The notes under the pieces were generated by a model. It was not told where the DNA came from and did not search any database. It was given only the letters and a program-made list of their open reading frames with translations. A stretch of DNA of 64,000 nt from Iphione sp. A-MEVVRFRX5 (taxonomy: Eukaryota): contig OZ320313.1 in the NCBI GenBank assembly GCA_976226885.1, positions 112,964,001-113,028,000 of the forward strand. The letters run 5' to 3'. This document shows, piece after piece, positions 1 through 12,962 of this stretch (its first letter is position 1; every line of letters begins with the position of its first letter). The position numbers and the translations under genes were made by a program.

Positions 1-3000
1 GAGCAAGTGTTGTTCTCAACCAACGGTCACTGATAGATAGATTTAACCAAAAATGGGTTATCCGCCTCAGGCAATTTTGGTCTTGTTTTATATTTCAGCT
101 GCATGTAATGACTAATAAAGAAGTCCTACTCTATACAAGTTGGAAATTGCTTCCTGACCAATATGGGCTTCTCCAATGAAGGACAAAAACTGCGTCATCT
201 TTTATCCAGAGAAATGAAATAGTAATGGTATATTGTTTGAGGTATGCTAAAAGACCGTTTTCACATAGTATTGATTGCATCTGGGATATCTCCGCGGACA
301 TTATTTAGTTACCGGATGTCATCCCGAGAGTGCTTCCCTTTTTGTGTCTGTTAAGGAACTTGTATTCACGGTAATAGGCTATCTGATTATGACAGCCCGC
401 CATAGTCCTAAGTGCGAGTGTCGTATAACACGTCCTTAGTCCATTTTCATCTTGTCTATCTCCAGAAATCGAGGCAATTAATGAATCCTTTTGTAGATTT
501 GTTTCTCCTCGTCATTTGAAATAAAGAATATCATGGCTGGTGAACAGCTTATTAAGAGAAGGCGAATCACTTCAATGCCATCAAATTCAATCTCGCCGTG
601 AAAATGAACCTTCAGTACAAGGCAAGTGTCTCGTAGCGGCAGGTTACGTGTCCACATCTATGGAAAAGACGCATGTACATCTCCCTGTCCCCGGCCAGCT
701 TACTTCAAGGTCAGTCTAATGTATTGTTGCATGCCGTTAGCAAGAAGGTTATCTGAGATATTTAGGAGTTGCTGCGAGAACAATAATAATAATAATCAAA
801 CGTATTGCATATGGAGGGGATACATCAATATATGATGAAATAATGTGTGTGAGATCTCGAAGGGCTTGGCATTAATGGCTGGTAGTCCGCATAGTCCACG
901 CCATTGCGCGGTCTCATCATCCACTATACATCAGATTGTTACCACCACATTCATCAAATTATTCTGCACTAGACCGAAAGCCACTTGTCAGTACTTGAAG
1001 GTTATTGATGTGCCCGGGAATGGCATCAAACAGACCGCGGGAATGATGCGGAGAGAGAGAGACCGGCCCCGACACTAATGTATCCCTTTGCTATGACACC
1101 ACAACCATGGACTGTCCCCTGTGACCTCTGCAGAACTGCGTCTCTACCGCCGCGAATGGTTCCTCAGGCCCGGGGGAAAACCTACCTTTGTAACGTCTTG
1201 GCAATATTAACCAAGAAATCTCGTTGTAGTCATATTTACCGCAAGGAGAAATTCTCTCAGCAGTCCGTATAAATTAACTCAACCTATGAAACGATAGTAG
1301 CAAAGAGAAGCGAAAGGGGAAAACTGCATTTCCAACTTACTGGAAAAAAGAGGCCCTTAATGGAAAGGTGTACATGCAACAATGTAGACATTCACACTCT
1401 ACATTTTTTGGTATATACATAATACAGACTTGCAGGTGTCTCTAAGGCGAAAGGTAGAAATTATTGCTCTTCTTCTAGGTCCCAGGCATTTATTTCAAAT
1501 ATGAACCTGCGTTCTCATCTAATATGATTTCTAGGGATCAGCGATGAGATTTTAAGCATCCAGTCTGTGGATAACAGTCCCATAACATGGACCGGCTCTG
1601 GCTAAGCATCAAGTGTAGAAGATGCAATCTAATACCATGTTATGGAGCTGTGTATCTCATTAAGCCCGTACAGAGCTACTCTAAGACTGTAATTTACACT
1701 TGTGACAGAAATGTTTAACTGCGCCAGATTAAAGGGAATTCAACGCTCTGGCAGACTATCTATCTAGAGTTCCATCCAAACTTACTACGAGTTTCTGAAC
1801 ATGAAAGTGTGTTCCCCCCTGGTCTTCGAACAGCTTAGGCTAACGTGAAACCAGACAGCCTGGGCAAACGGGTCTCCTTTACCTAATCGACTTTCTGATA
1901 CCTAATGTAGACTGTGAGATAGACCAAAAAGAATCAAAAGACCATTCATCGATGATCATTTGTAAATCATATACATGTAGATGAGTCGAGCATTATTTGG
2001 CTGTAGGTGTGTTTACGACGGGTGTATTTCGCAGAGACAATTACCTGTCGTTCAAAGCAGTTCATAAATTCACAGTTAAATTTGTATAACATACGGGATC
2101 GAGTCCTGGCCCTGGTCTGTGTCTAGTAGCATGCCACTTGCCGTCTATTCGTGACCCATTTTGCATGGATCGCGCAAACCGCATAAAATAAAGCTTTCCT
2201 TCTCAGGAATCTTTTAATCACACCAGGTCGTTGACACAAGCCCGAGGCTTGAAAAGAGAAAATTTGGACAGCGTATGCACAGGGCATCAGCAATATTATT
2301 AACACCTGTTGACTACGTAAGTTCTGCCTGGATGACACCTCTAATGCTGGATAAAAGGAGCTATAGAGCAGCCTTTGTGAGATCTGCATTACACACTATG
2401 GAGGGAAGAGTGACTTGTGACGTTAGAGATTGAGTGGAATACTCAAATATATCTTGATACTATCCACAGCTTAGAAACTATTTGTTTTACAAATAAAATG
2501 CTTGTTTGTAGAATGTTCAATAATGTACCCTTATCATCTAGATTTACCGAGGTCCCTGGATGATTGATGCCAGGATGTCACCAGATATAAAACCTAATGG
2601 CTATTCATTGTGTGAACTAGTGTAATTAATGTTTTTTTTTCAAGAACATCCAATTCTTGTTTGCAGTGTTGGTCTCTAAGTTTGGTTATATCAAGAAAGT
2701 GTACCAACACTCTCATCACACCCACCAATGCTGATACTGAAGTGCTGTATGCTGTTTCAGGACAAAGGCTGAAGAAATCAAACCTACTGCTGCAGTATTC
2801 ACTTTGTGCTACACCCTCTGCATGGATATTTGGTATCACAGGACACATATGAGCCCATATCTGGGATACCAGAGCAAATACTACTTAGAAGGATACAACT
2901 GATATACACGTATACATATATATGTAGGCAACCAGTAAATTGCCTATTACCGGCCAGATGAGGGTTCCCTTATCAAGGATAAGAGATACGAGTCAGGTGT

Positions 3001-3881
3001 CTGACCGGAAAGGTTGCCCTCACTGTCATCCTTAGCAACCACACGTTTGCAGGTGGGCCTTTTGTTTGCTGAATCAAGGGTAGATGAACTGGTGTACAAT
3101 GTAGTATAAGAGGCTATTACGGCCGGTCCGCCAAGAACCATTAATTTCTTCTGTCTTGATATGCAAGACCATCACAACTGTAGTCAGATTGGCAATAAAG
3201 GCATCCATTAGGTATGCAATAAAAAATGTTCATGGAGAATACATTCCGGTATCTCAAGTGGACAGGAGAATTGTTGAAAAAACAATGCATTGGGGTAAAC
3301 TTCCTCAGATAAAATACTGGTCAAACAGACCTACCTCATCGCTTTCTGCAAAGAAGGAGGTATGAGCAGCCCATAATGTCAGAAGACAGGGTACAATGAT
3401 AGTGGGAATATAAGCATGATCAGATATATGGTCAGAGCCTGTTGCCGTCGATTTATTTCGGAACCAAAGGTGACTGTGCGGTCGAGACTAGTCTGAAGAA
3501 AATATTACTTTCATATACTACTTGCCTGCAAGCATCGCACCACATAGGTTGTAGTGGCTTTTCTGTATTCAGCATTCCATGGAAAGCTTAAGTTTCCGCT
3601 AACAGATAGGTCATGTAAGCTGTTCTTGTATGGAAATCTTACACTTGGCTCATTTGGGGACTGAAATCGTTCCGAAAAACTATGTTTTGTATGTGTGATA
3701 TGCGCGTGATGCATTGTGCAAAGGGCAACGTTTTAAGCCATCTTTAACGTCTTCTTATGCATGTTTCTTTCCGTAAATATGTCAGTACTATTTGAATATG
3801 GTGATATTTAAGACGTATTTGAGGAAAACGGTTCAGAAAGTTCATGTACGTGTATGACAAGAACAGATTTATTGCTTGCAG

Positions 3882-4096
3882 GTACCCGCCTAGCGTTCAT
3901 TCGCGACTGCAGCACAACCAAGATGGTAAGCGAGTGTAAGGTGCTGGAAGACACCAAAAGCCCACACAAGATCTGTTACGAGACATGTGACAAAGACGGT
4001 TGCAACAGTGCCTCATCAACCACCAGAGCCTCAACCATTTCCACGATGGTTTTCGCTTGCCTAGGTTCTCAACTGCTACGGTTCTTAAGGCGTTAG
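3882..4096 (+). CDS. Terminal coding exon of a Ly6/uPAR three-finger (quiver/sleepless-like) GPI-anchored protein; upstream exons not found
   Basis: Acceptor ttattgcttgcAG|GT (phase 1). Translation TRLAFIRDCSTTKMVSECKVLEDTKSPHKICYETCDKDGCNSA has the five C-terminal LU-domain Cys and the C-x-x-D-G-C-N end. It is followed by a Ser/Thr spacer and hydrophobic tail (STISTMVFACLGSQLLRFLRR*), typical of a GPI signal. Confidence 0.72.
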
Positions 4097-4270
4097 GGGT
4101 GGAAATAGCAGAGCCCAGCGCCCACCCAGTGCCTTCGGTCGTTGAGGAAGAGAAGAGGAAAACACGAAGAGCGGCGGTGTCAGTTGGAAAGGCAATTACA
4201 ACAAAGGAAACACCCTCAACATGGCCATTGGCATAAAGAGTAACTTATCATAGTGTCACTGAGGCTAGGA

Positions 4271-4276
4271 AATAAA
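4271..4276 (+). promoter_or_regulatory. Candidate polyadenylation signal of the Ly6-like gene
   Basis: AATAAA 175 nt downstream of the TAG stop. Confidence 0.4.
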
Positions 4277-6315
4277 AGAAATGAACTAAAATATCGGACA
4301 ATTCCGGGAAGCCGACATTCACAAAAATAAGTTATTGCGAATGTATCTTTTGGGGGAAATAATCTACATTAGAAAGAGTTACTTGTATACATGTATATTG
4401 ATATGATATCTGTATTATCAACATTGTCTATATTGAAATGAAGTATTAGCACATGATCCGCGTGTCTCTCTTCGTAAGTCGTGTACCTGTATTTTTAGGA
4501 AGCTTTGGAAAAGATCGTTAGCATTCCATGTGGTTTCCTCTAGATCTAGTTGTTGTCAATGTGTATTCCCGCCTTAGGACCCACCGTGTAGTGTTCCAGT
4601 AATTGTAGGAGTAAAGGCATTATAAGATTAGATGCACATCCAGAACCATGCAGAACCAACCAATGAGGCGAAGGTAAATACACACCGATAAAATACACCG
4701 ATAGAATCATATTTTCCAACGGGACAAACAAGTATAAATGGATATGCCATCGGAGTAAATGAAAATTTATATCAACAAGTTTTGTCCGGTTACATATAGT
4801 AGCAGAATGCTGTACCACGGTATTAAGCGCGAACAGTTTGAAATCTGAGGTGGTCTGGATAGGGTGTAGTAAATGATTGCATTGTGCAGGAAGGAAAACG
4901 CTCATTTAAAAAATTCGACCTCAGTTCGCATGGAAAACTGTACATCTGTAGTTGGCGCCTGTTATTACTGGCACATGGCTGTTGGTGGATGAGTGCTGTT
5001 CTGGCAGAAGACACATGTCATGTTCTGACTGTGAATGTTTATGTGAGGTGGGACTCCTATAAATCAAAGCAGTCCATTTATAATGTATATGCACAAGTTG
5101 TATCACACTAGGTGAAATTTAGCTGAAACTGTTTCTTTACTTCATAGTTATGTATGACATAATGTCACTGACCGCTGACATAATAGGTATATTAGTTATA
5201 TAGTACTTTCTTACCTGCGGTAGATGAGTAGATTAACTCGATGATGACGTAACGTGGTAAATACATGTACGTCACAATGAGTTATGCTGTGTGTAGCTGA
5301 CAAAATTGAAGGCCTTTACTGCTTCTAAACACCCAGCGTGTCTGATGGGAAGCCCTTCGTCAAATGTCTGTAAACATATTGTTAATATCATGGTCCAAAT
5401 AGTGCGTGGTTGACAGAAAATAAGTGCAACGTGGGCGACTTCTCCTAAACCAGATACGTGTAAACATACAGTGGTTGTAAAAGTAGGCTTATTGAGAGAC
5501 AGTGTATGTTATCTTAGCTCAAGGTGGGTCTTTCCTACATCACACAATGCCTCTTCGTATTTCTCTGCATTTCCCATCTATCCTAAATAGTTCATCGGTT
5601 CCCTTAATTCCACAGGCGCTGCGTTTCTAGCTTGTTTTTTCACGATCTACCTCGTCTATTCCCACGTACTCCTACTTCTTATGATCACCCACTATCTGAG
5701 AGACACTTGGTTCTTATTTCCCAGATCTATTATTCAGCTAATGCACCTGTCTTGAGATCCCCATTTCTGTCCGCATCTATCCGTGGCCTGGACCACTCAA
5801 CCAAGCCATCTTGTCCCTCAAATGAGACCACGATTAGGACTGTGAAATTGGCCAATTTCGGTCTCTCCCCAGATAGGGTCTCTACCATGGGTTGGTAAAA
5901 CAAAGCAAGTGTACATTTGGTTCTTGGCAGTTTTGGTTCTAATGAAGGTTTAGTCTCCCACATTCGTTGGTCTTGAATTGAGTGTTTACTGTCTGATTAA
6001 TTCCCCACACAAAACATAATCGATTTACCCCAGCTCTCCCTGCCATGCGTGTTGTGTCAGCTGTGTGCCTATCGTTTATATAGCAGATCGTAACGTACCT
6101 CCATATCACTGGCAGGTTGAAAGTTGAAACATATGTATTGTACTTAGTTAAGTTAAAATCGTTTTTTAGATCGAAACCCTGGCGTGGTGAAACTCTACAA
6201 CTAATAAGTAGTCCACTAACAGTTTCATTGAAAGCACATCCGACACCTCAGTAACTGAACAAAGTCCTATCATTATATTCAAAATGATAGAAAGTAAACT
6301 TCCTTAATCGAACAC

Positions 6316-6355
6316 TGACCGGTTCATTTCTCAAAACAATGACCAGTTCATTTCT
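6316..6355. repeat. Short tandem duplication, 24-bp period
   Basis: tgaccggttcatttct at 6316 and tgaccagttcatttct at 6340. Confidence 0.6.
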
Positions 6356-9300
6356 ACAATCCAATTTAGACATCCTTAGATCGCCAATCATTTCTAGAAT
6401 AAAACTACCTTGAACGTATTCTTGCAACCCCTTCCGGCCTTACAATTCCTAATCTAAACCGACAGACTATCCTAAGAGACCAAATTTTCATTCCTCTACA
6501 GTCTAAACGTGTGTATCTTTCGATGGTCATTTGCCCTCCTGATCAATACATGTACATGTACATCTACTAAGCTGGCGTTGGACCTTTGCTGTATAGAAAT
6601 TGCCTTCGTTGGCTCAAGCAAATACATTGTACATGTATTTAGCCTGGTAACGAATGTGGAATATGCCCTATATGCTCTCATAAGAGTGCTGTCTTGGCAG
6701 AATTTTAGTTTATTTATGTTACTCTAATGGACAAGAATATTTTTAAAATGCCCATGGCTGTGGCTTAATATCGTTCGCCAGATATAAGTCAATCTAGGAA
6801 TGTAGACCTCAATATTTTCAAAGGCATTATTATTGCGGTCTTGAGATTTCCCCAGAAATTTGAAACGAACTTAGTATTGAGGACATATCTATTCTAAAAT
6901 GCAGTGGTATTCTTAAATCATACGTCTGCAAATCGGCTGATTCAGTGTCCCCTATTGCTTTCCACTGAGAGACGATTCCTGTTGATATTTGTTTTAATAA
7001 CACAAGAACCAATGCATGTGTCAGCGAAAATGCAGGCAATAGGGTTGTCTACATCAAGGATCCATATCATTTAAAAAGCTTAACCCTACTTCATTGTACG
7101 CTGTACATGTATGTAATTTACATTTAATAAGGTAGCATATTGGCTCTAAATTGGTCCTTTGAATACTCTATCGGTTACTCTCATAGGTTGAGATCATTTA
7201 TCGAACTACGGAATGGGTGTTGCTTTGTTATCCTTGAAATACTATTTCAACTACCCTTTGATTTCATCCCTGAGGCCATTCTCGAGCTATGATATAACTA
7301 ACGGGTTTGCATTTCGCATGCGGTATTCATCAATGTAGAACATATATCATAAATGTCGTGGAGATGATACGGAGGGTGTTAGCTATAGTTTAACATGTTA
7401 TGGGTTGGTATACATCTATGTATGTATAAATGTGCATCATGTGCAGATTTGTCTAAATATATTTCACGGAGCAGCGGCGCTGTTTCTTGGATGTACCTGG
7501 AAAATACACTTCTTCCACTTATGCGGATTTATTAAATGTTGTCAGTGATAAGAGTGATGAGTTATTTGAATTATTCACATGATTCATTATCATTCACACT
7601 ACAAGACAGTTATTTATACGGACTTGATAGCCATGATCGCCCGTCTATACTCCTTAAGATGTGTCAATCTTAAGCTCTTTCCTTATTGTGAAACCCGTCC
7701 TGTTTAGCACGATTTACAATACAAACCTGTCTAATTTATTCGATCGCAACCCATCTCCCTGTATCATTTCACCTTGAGGATTTCAGCAGTAATAAATCAG
7801 GAACTACATAAGTTATATAGTGTCATCCGGGCCGATGAACCTGGTTGGTGCTGCTACTGTGAAGCTTTTGCTTGCGCTCATTGGGTATACCATTGTGCCC
7901 TGACGACGAGTCCTAGTGGAAACTGAAGCTTGTGTTGACAGAGACCTGTCAGCCTACCGATTTATACCTAATGAAGGCTGTCACTGCATAGCCGTTCCCC
8001 TCTATACTCTATTCTCTACACAGAACTTCACAATGGCCCTCATCTTCAGTGTGTGATGCACGGTTACGTGTCAACATGCAATCAGGGCTTTCGTGTGTGA
8101 AGAACAAAGGAAATGAAGGATTAGACTGGATGGTCACTTACACAGAGGGAAGACGGAAGCAGAACTATCGAAGAATATGGTTCTACACTGCTGGAGTTCC
8201 TCCGGCAAATCTGTACCTTTGGCCCTGTTTCTGTTCCAACCAATATATAGCATCCAAAGATAAACATTTTAAATACCTTCATGAATTCATGAAGCGGTTT
8301 TCGCAATTAACTGTATCGACGTACACAGATATTCATCTTTGGTCCAGCTATCTTTTAGAAATCACCCCGCCAGTCCTTTTTTATGATTCTACATCTTTTT
8401 TTAAGCGTTTTATCCGGCTTTACTAAATTAGGTAACGGTGATTAAGCTTGAAACCTCTTCCCTATCTTCAGGTGTACTGATTCACGGCCGCCTAATGAGC
8501 CTGACAGTAAAATTCTTTTAAATCTTACATTTCCTAGATAAAGCCTCATTGTTTGACTGAATGGCACTTTGAGAGCCTACGACCTTTGACCCTGTCAGGA
8601 ACGCTATAAATCGTTTTTAAAGGTGGTTAAATAAACGTTGTTAGCTCTTTAAAACCCCTCAAAAACTCTTGCCTGGGTCCGAAACAGGTCACCGCTTTGA
8701 TTACAGAAGGACACTTCATCTAATTATCAATAGCATAAATACCAGGGAATGGTAACTTGTGATGATATCTATTACCTGTTGCCTAGCCATAAGTCTAAGT
8801 AAAACAAGCTGCCTCTACTAAGGGACATTTTTCACGAATCCTTTGCTTGCCGCCCAATGGCTAAATACCCCACTAGCAGTGAAAGCTAAAAGCGTTGTTT
8901 GCATGGCGCCATACAATACGAAGATGGCGGAAAGCCTCTATACCATTTGCTGCAGCACACACCACTAGATGATCTACAAAATAAATGTCTTCATCATTTG
9001 GTCGATGTTCCACGCCATATTTATCTTCATAATCTAACCTTGTTTCTTTCACACCTATTACCGAATATTTCGGTTAGTTTTATCTGATTATCTAAAAACC
9101 ATTGTCAAAAGCAGTTTCTGCATAATCAAATCAGTCCACTAAAGACAGTTGACTTGAGCTAAACTCCTTTATTTTGCAATAAACATTGCAGGCCACATTT
9201 TACCTGTGCAATATCTTTACTCGAGTTAAACTATGAATTCTTCCTGCTCTGAAGCCGAAGATAACAATATGATGCAAGCATATCATCAAACCATGTGCAT

Positions 9301-10028
9301 AGACATACAAAACAAGAACAAGTAAAGAATCCTCTACAAATTTCGTCAAGATAGAAATGTACATCCAGGTCAAAGTTCTTGCGGGGTTACCAGATGGACC
9401 TGGTCTCTACAGTTCACGAAGAATTTCATTAGGATTCAGTAGTACATCAATCCACACTGTGCTCTCTAGTGATACGTTATAATGGGCCGTTTTCTCTGGA
9501 GAGGTAATGCCTTTACACTACAAATATTGTCGCCTATTATCTAAGTAGAATTCCACTCCGTTGAGCCCTGGGGAGAGAAGGCACCTTCCAACTTATATAG
9601 TAGTAAAAGACCATGGTTAACAGGGCCAACCCCCTTGGTTATATGCACATAAATATAGCCCGAATCTCTCTTACGATACGCACTTGCAGCATCGGCACCA
9701 TGCGAATCTTGATATTTACATTGTCCGACTTAAAGGCAGCTTCCTCCTTTAACGCAAAAGCAATCAGCTGTTACCCAAAACTTGAACTACAGGCCACTCC
9801 CTGCCTGCGGACGCGTCTCCAATGCGGACGCGTCTCAAATGCGGACGATTTGACGCAGAACGAAATTATTTCCTATAGTTAACCATTATAAGGGGACGTC
9901 TCTAATCAGGACAGCTAATTTTTGAGAGCCTCTCCCTGTGGACACCCTCAAAGGGTAGTGGTTCATGCCTCTGTACATGTTTTTGTGCGAATTTACACCT
10001 TGAAATGCGAATTCACACCTTGAAATCA

Positions 10029-10100
10029 GTCTAAACCAATCTATTCTTGGTCTAAACCCCCCAATTCGCGGTCTAAACCTGCCAATTCGCGGTCTATACC
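10029..10100. repeat. 21-bp minisatellite, about 3.5 copies
   Basis: gtcta(a/t)acc recurs at 10029, 10050, 10071 and 10092. Confidence 0.8.
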
Positions 10101-10211
10101 CGCCGGGGGTGTCAATGGCGACCTCTCTGATGTCTCTCACACCCTGGAGAGGGAGGTGGGAGAGGTATTAGCGTGAATTTGGGGGTCCAGGGAGACCTGA
10201 GAAGTAATTTT

Positions 10212-10318
10212 TCAATTCAGTACTTTTAGGACTTTTACTGGTCAAATTCAGTACTTTTAGGACTTTAACTGGTCAAATTCAGTACTTTTAGGACTTTTAC
10301 TGGTCAAATTCAGTACTT
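10212..10318. repeat. 31-bp minisatellite, about 3.4 copies
   Basis: Unit caaattcagtacttttaggacttttactggt repeated head to tail and nearly identical, with no spacers. Confidence 0.9.
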
Positions 10319-11211
10319 GTTGGACCATAAGTGGTTAGAGAGAGAGGGAGAAAGGGATTTCTTTTTTTAGTTTGACCCCCTGTAGCGATCTCCAATGCGG
10401 ACGCGTCTCCAATACGGACGATTTGAGGCAGAACAGAGGGTGTCCGGAATGGAGAGAGTGTACTGTACTTTGCCAACCTGTGACAGAAACATTTCGTTGA
10501 TGGTAGTTAAATTTGTCTGATGTGTATCCTTTTCGGTGTGGCAGACCCTTCAAACTAGGAAAACGCCTAGTTATAGAAGATAGGTTGTGTTTTTATTAAG
10601 GGTTTTGGTGTCTGTGAATGTGTGCAGAGGGCATGCGGGAAACAAGTTTTTCTTGCACATTCCTAGGTAGGATGTTTCCATGCGTGCACGTATATGCATG
10701 TTGATAGGTAAGTGGGTATAAACTATAATTATGTTAATTGTGTGGATTGTTTTGTGCACATGTCTTAACTCTAAATGGTGTTGTTTTGATGAAAATAACA
10801 TGCAAATTAAGCAGATCGTTTTTGTAGCCTGGACATCATGCAATGCATGAACCAAAACTATACGCACTCAGTTCTCTTCAACCAGCATGTACATGCGACT
10901 TGCAGTTTTGTAGGTATTCCTTGAAACCCGATATGCTTATGGACGTCAATCTATTTTTCTATGTTTTCTTAATTTGATCCTCTCTCCAAATAGTCCTTCC
11001 TAACCTAATAACAAATGGACCTAGTCTGTTACCTATTCTTAGATTTGCTAAGAGTAAGGGGTCCTATTCATGTGTACAAATTATAATTCACTTGTGGGGC
11101 CAAATGCTATGGAGTATGCACACCCTAGAACAGGTGGTGGAAGGAGGCACCTATGTATACAGGTTTGGAATCTTTCTCTGTCTCTTTTCCTCCTCCTCCC
11201 TTAGTGTGTGT

Positions 11212-11332
11212 AAATTGAATCATATCGGTGGAAATCGTGCAGTTCTTTTGTGGAAATTGAAGCACATTGGTGCAAAGTGTGTGGTTTGTTTTTGGAGATT
11301 GAAGTATATTGGTAAAACTGTGTGTTTTTTCC
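11212..11332. repeat. Degenerate 42-bp tandem repeat, about 3 copies
   Basis: a(a/g)attgaa...at(c/t)ggt... units start at 11212, 11254 and 11296. Confidence 0.6.
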
Positions 11333-11437
11333 AAATTATATGTAAATTAGATATTTTACTTGATCAAACAGAAGTTAGACCGTATTCACATCTCCCTACC
11401 CTACTCACCTTAATCTATTTTACATGTGGACCCACAT

Positions 11438-11548
11438 ACAGGGAAACTGGATGATGTCCAATCAGGAGCGCGCATGTAGGGCTGGGATAAAAACCATTTG
11501 CACACAAGGAAAGGGCCCCATAAAATATAATTAGTCCAGTTTCCCTGT
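11438..11548. repeat. Perfect 14-bp inverted repeat pair, 83-bp spacer
   Basis: acagggaaactgga (11438-11451) and tccagtttccctgt (11535-11548). Confidence 0.7.
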
Positions 11549-12267
11549 GATCTCCAGCCCTATGCTTGGGACCAAAAGTTTTACAGTGCCCCTAACCTTT
11601 TAGACACCATTTATTCATGCTAATAGAGAATTCTGTCCCGTTCTTTAAAAAATACTATAGTTCCATTGCATGTGGTTATTTAAAACGAAGAAGATCCGAT
11701 GTTTTCCACTTTCACTGAGGATAGCAATGTCCCTCTGCATCCATCCCAACGATTGTTACTCGATATTATCAATTACGCATTACAATTATTCTAAACGTAC
11801 ACCATCCGTATCCAGGGTTGTGCGTAACTAACTGCACCCATATTAAAATGGAAAGCAAATGAAAACAAATTAACAACGAAAAAGAGATGGCGGCAGACAT
11901 ACAAACAGACAGACGAAGAACGATTGAGACCACAAGTTTGATACTCATTACACCATCCACTGGCTACAAGTATTGAATCTGAAGACAACGAGAAAAGGAA
12001 CGCAATGAGAGACTTAGCGAGGAGCTTTACCAACTGATGCGGCGGTTGCGCATGTTCTAATTACCGCTCTTCTGTAAATGTCCCTGCCAAGCCTTCTATA
12101 TCCGTATCCATTCATCTGCCCGCAATGCTCTTCAGTCTCGCTTAATTTGTCGCCGTAAATAAGTACTTCCTACTTTATTACATCAGAGGGGAATGCTTTT
12201 CCTAGGATTCCTAACCATTTGTATCCGAACTTCCCTTTTAAATCCATACGCACTTAGCGGGCCCAGT

Positions 12268-12270
<3 letters not shown>

Positions 12271-12360
<90 letters not shown>
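12271..12360. repeat. (CT)40 microsatellite followed by (CA)5
   Basis: Read directly from the sequence. Confidence 0.98.
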
Positions 12361-12896
12361 AGAGAACTTATTTCTACGTATTTGTTCTATAAAAACGCTG
12401 TTGGCATTTTCCTGTGCTCGTTTGGCACTTTGGATGTACCAGTAGATCGACCGATGACTTCCGGCACGGAAAAAACAACAATGAACACACCAAACCAACG
12501 ATGAATAAACCAACAGGCTCAGTCGAGATTTAAAGATTAATGCAAGATAAAGGTTATGAGTGAGAAATCGAACGTTCTGTCTCAATGACATCGAGTCATA
12601 GCGAGCAGATAGGGATGACCACCGGTTATATGCCACAACTGAACTGGTGTATTCGTTCTCTTTTTCTATGCAACGCAGTGTGCGTATTGGCATCGTACGT
12701 GTCCACATTCACGTGACTTGGTCCACCCTTGTCTGCGTCGACGTACGTTGTCATTGACGTATACCTTTTGATGTATTGTCGACGTACGGGTCACTGCCAT
12801 GCTTGTAGGAGTGCCTGGTTCATTTATGTCCACATGTGCATTATACCATGAGAGTACATTATACCCACATCCATCCCCGTAACCTCCAAGGTTTTC

Positions 12897-12962
12897 AAAC
12901 TCACAGACCAATTAAGCAAATTTACAGACTGAGTCAACAAATTCACAGACTGAGTCAGCAAA
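12897..12962. repeat. 21-bp minisatellite, about 3 copies
   Basis: acagac at 12903, 12924 and 12945; unit approximately aaattcacagactgagtca(a/g)c. Confidence 0.7.

Larger units (their letters stand above)
9790..10465. mobile_element. Degenerate Tc1/mariner-type non-autonomous element (MITE-like) with internal minisatellites
   Basis: TA on both flanks. Imperfect terminal inverted repeats (CAGGCCACTCCCTGCC-TGCGGAC vs reverse-complemented right end CAGTACACTCTCTCCATTCCGGAC). Subterminal ccaatgcggacgcgtct units. No coding capacity. Confidence 0.45.

Noticed and set aside
3156-3365. ORF with faint piggyBac-like wording (KLPQIKYWSNRP), or a candidate upstream Ly6 exon
   Set aside because: Similarity is a few residues only, and no phase-compatible reading has the LU-domain Cys pattern.
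7900-7990. Hammerhead/Penelope-tail-like words (CTGACGA...gagtcctagtgga...GAAG; CTAATGAAGGCT...AGCCG)
   Set aside because: The conserved core is broken (no GAAA after stem II, no pairing stem III or UH site); at most a decayed remnant.
10212-10318. 31-bp repeat array as CRISPR
   Set aside because: Repeats are head to tail with no unique spacers, the context is eukaryotic, and there are no cas genes.
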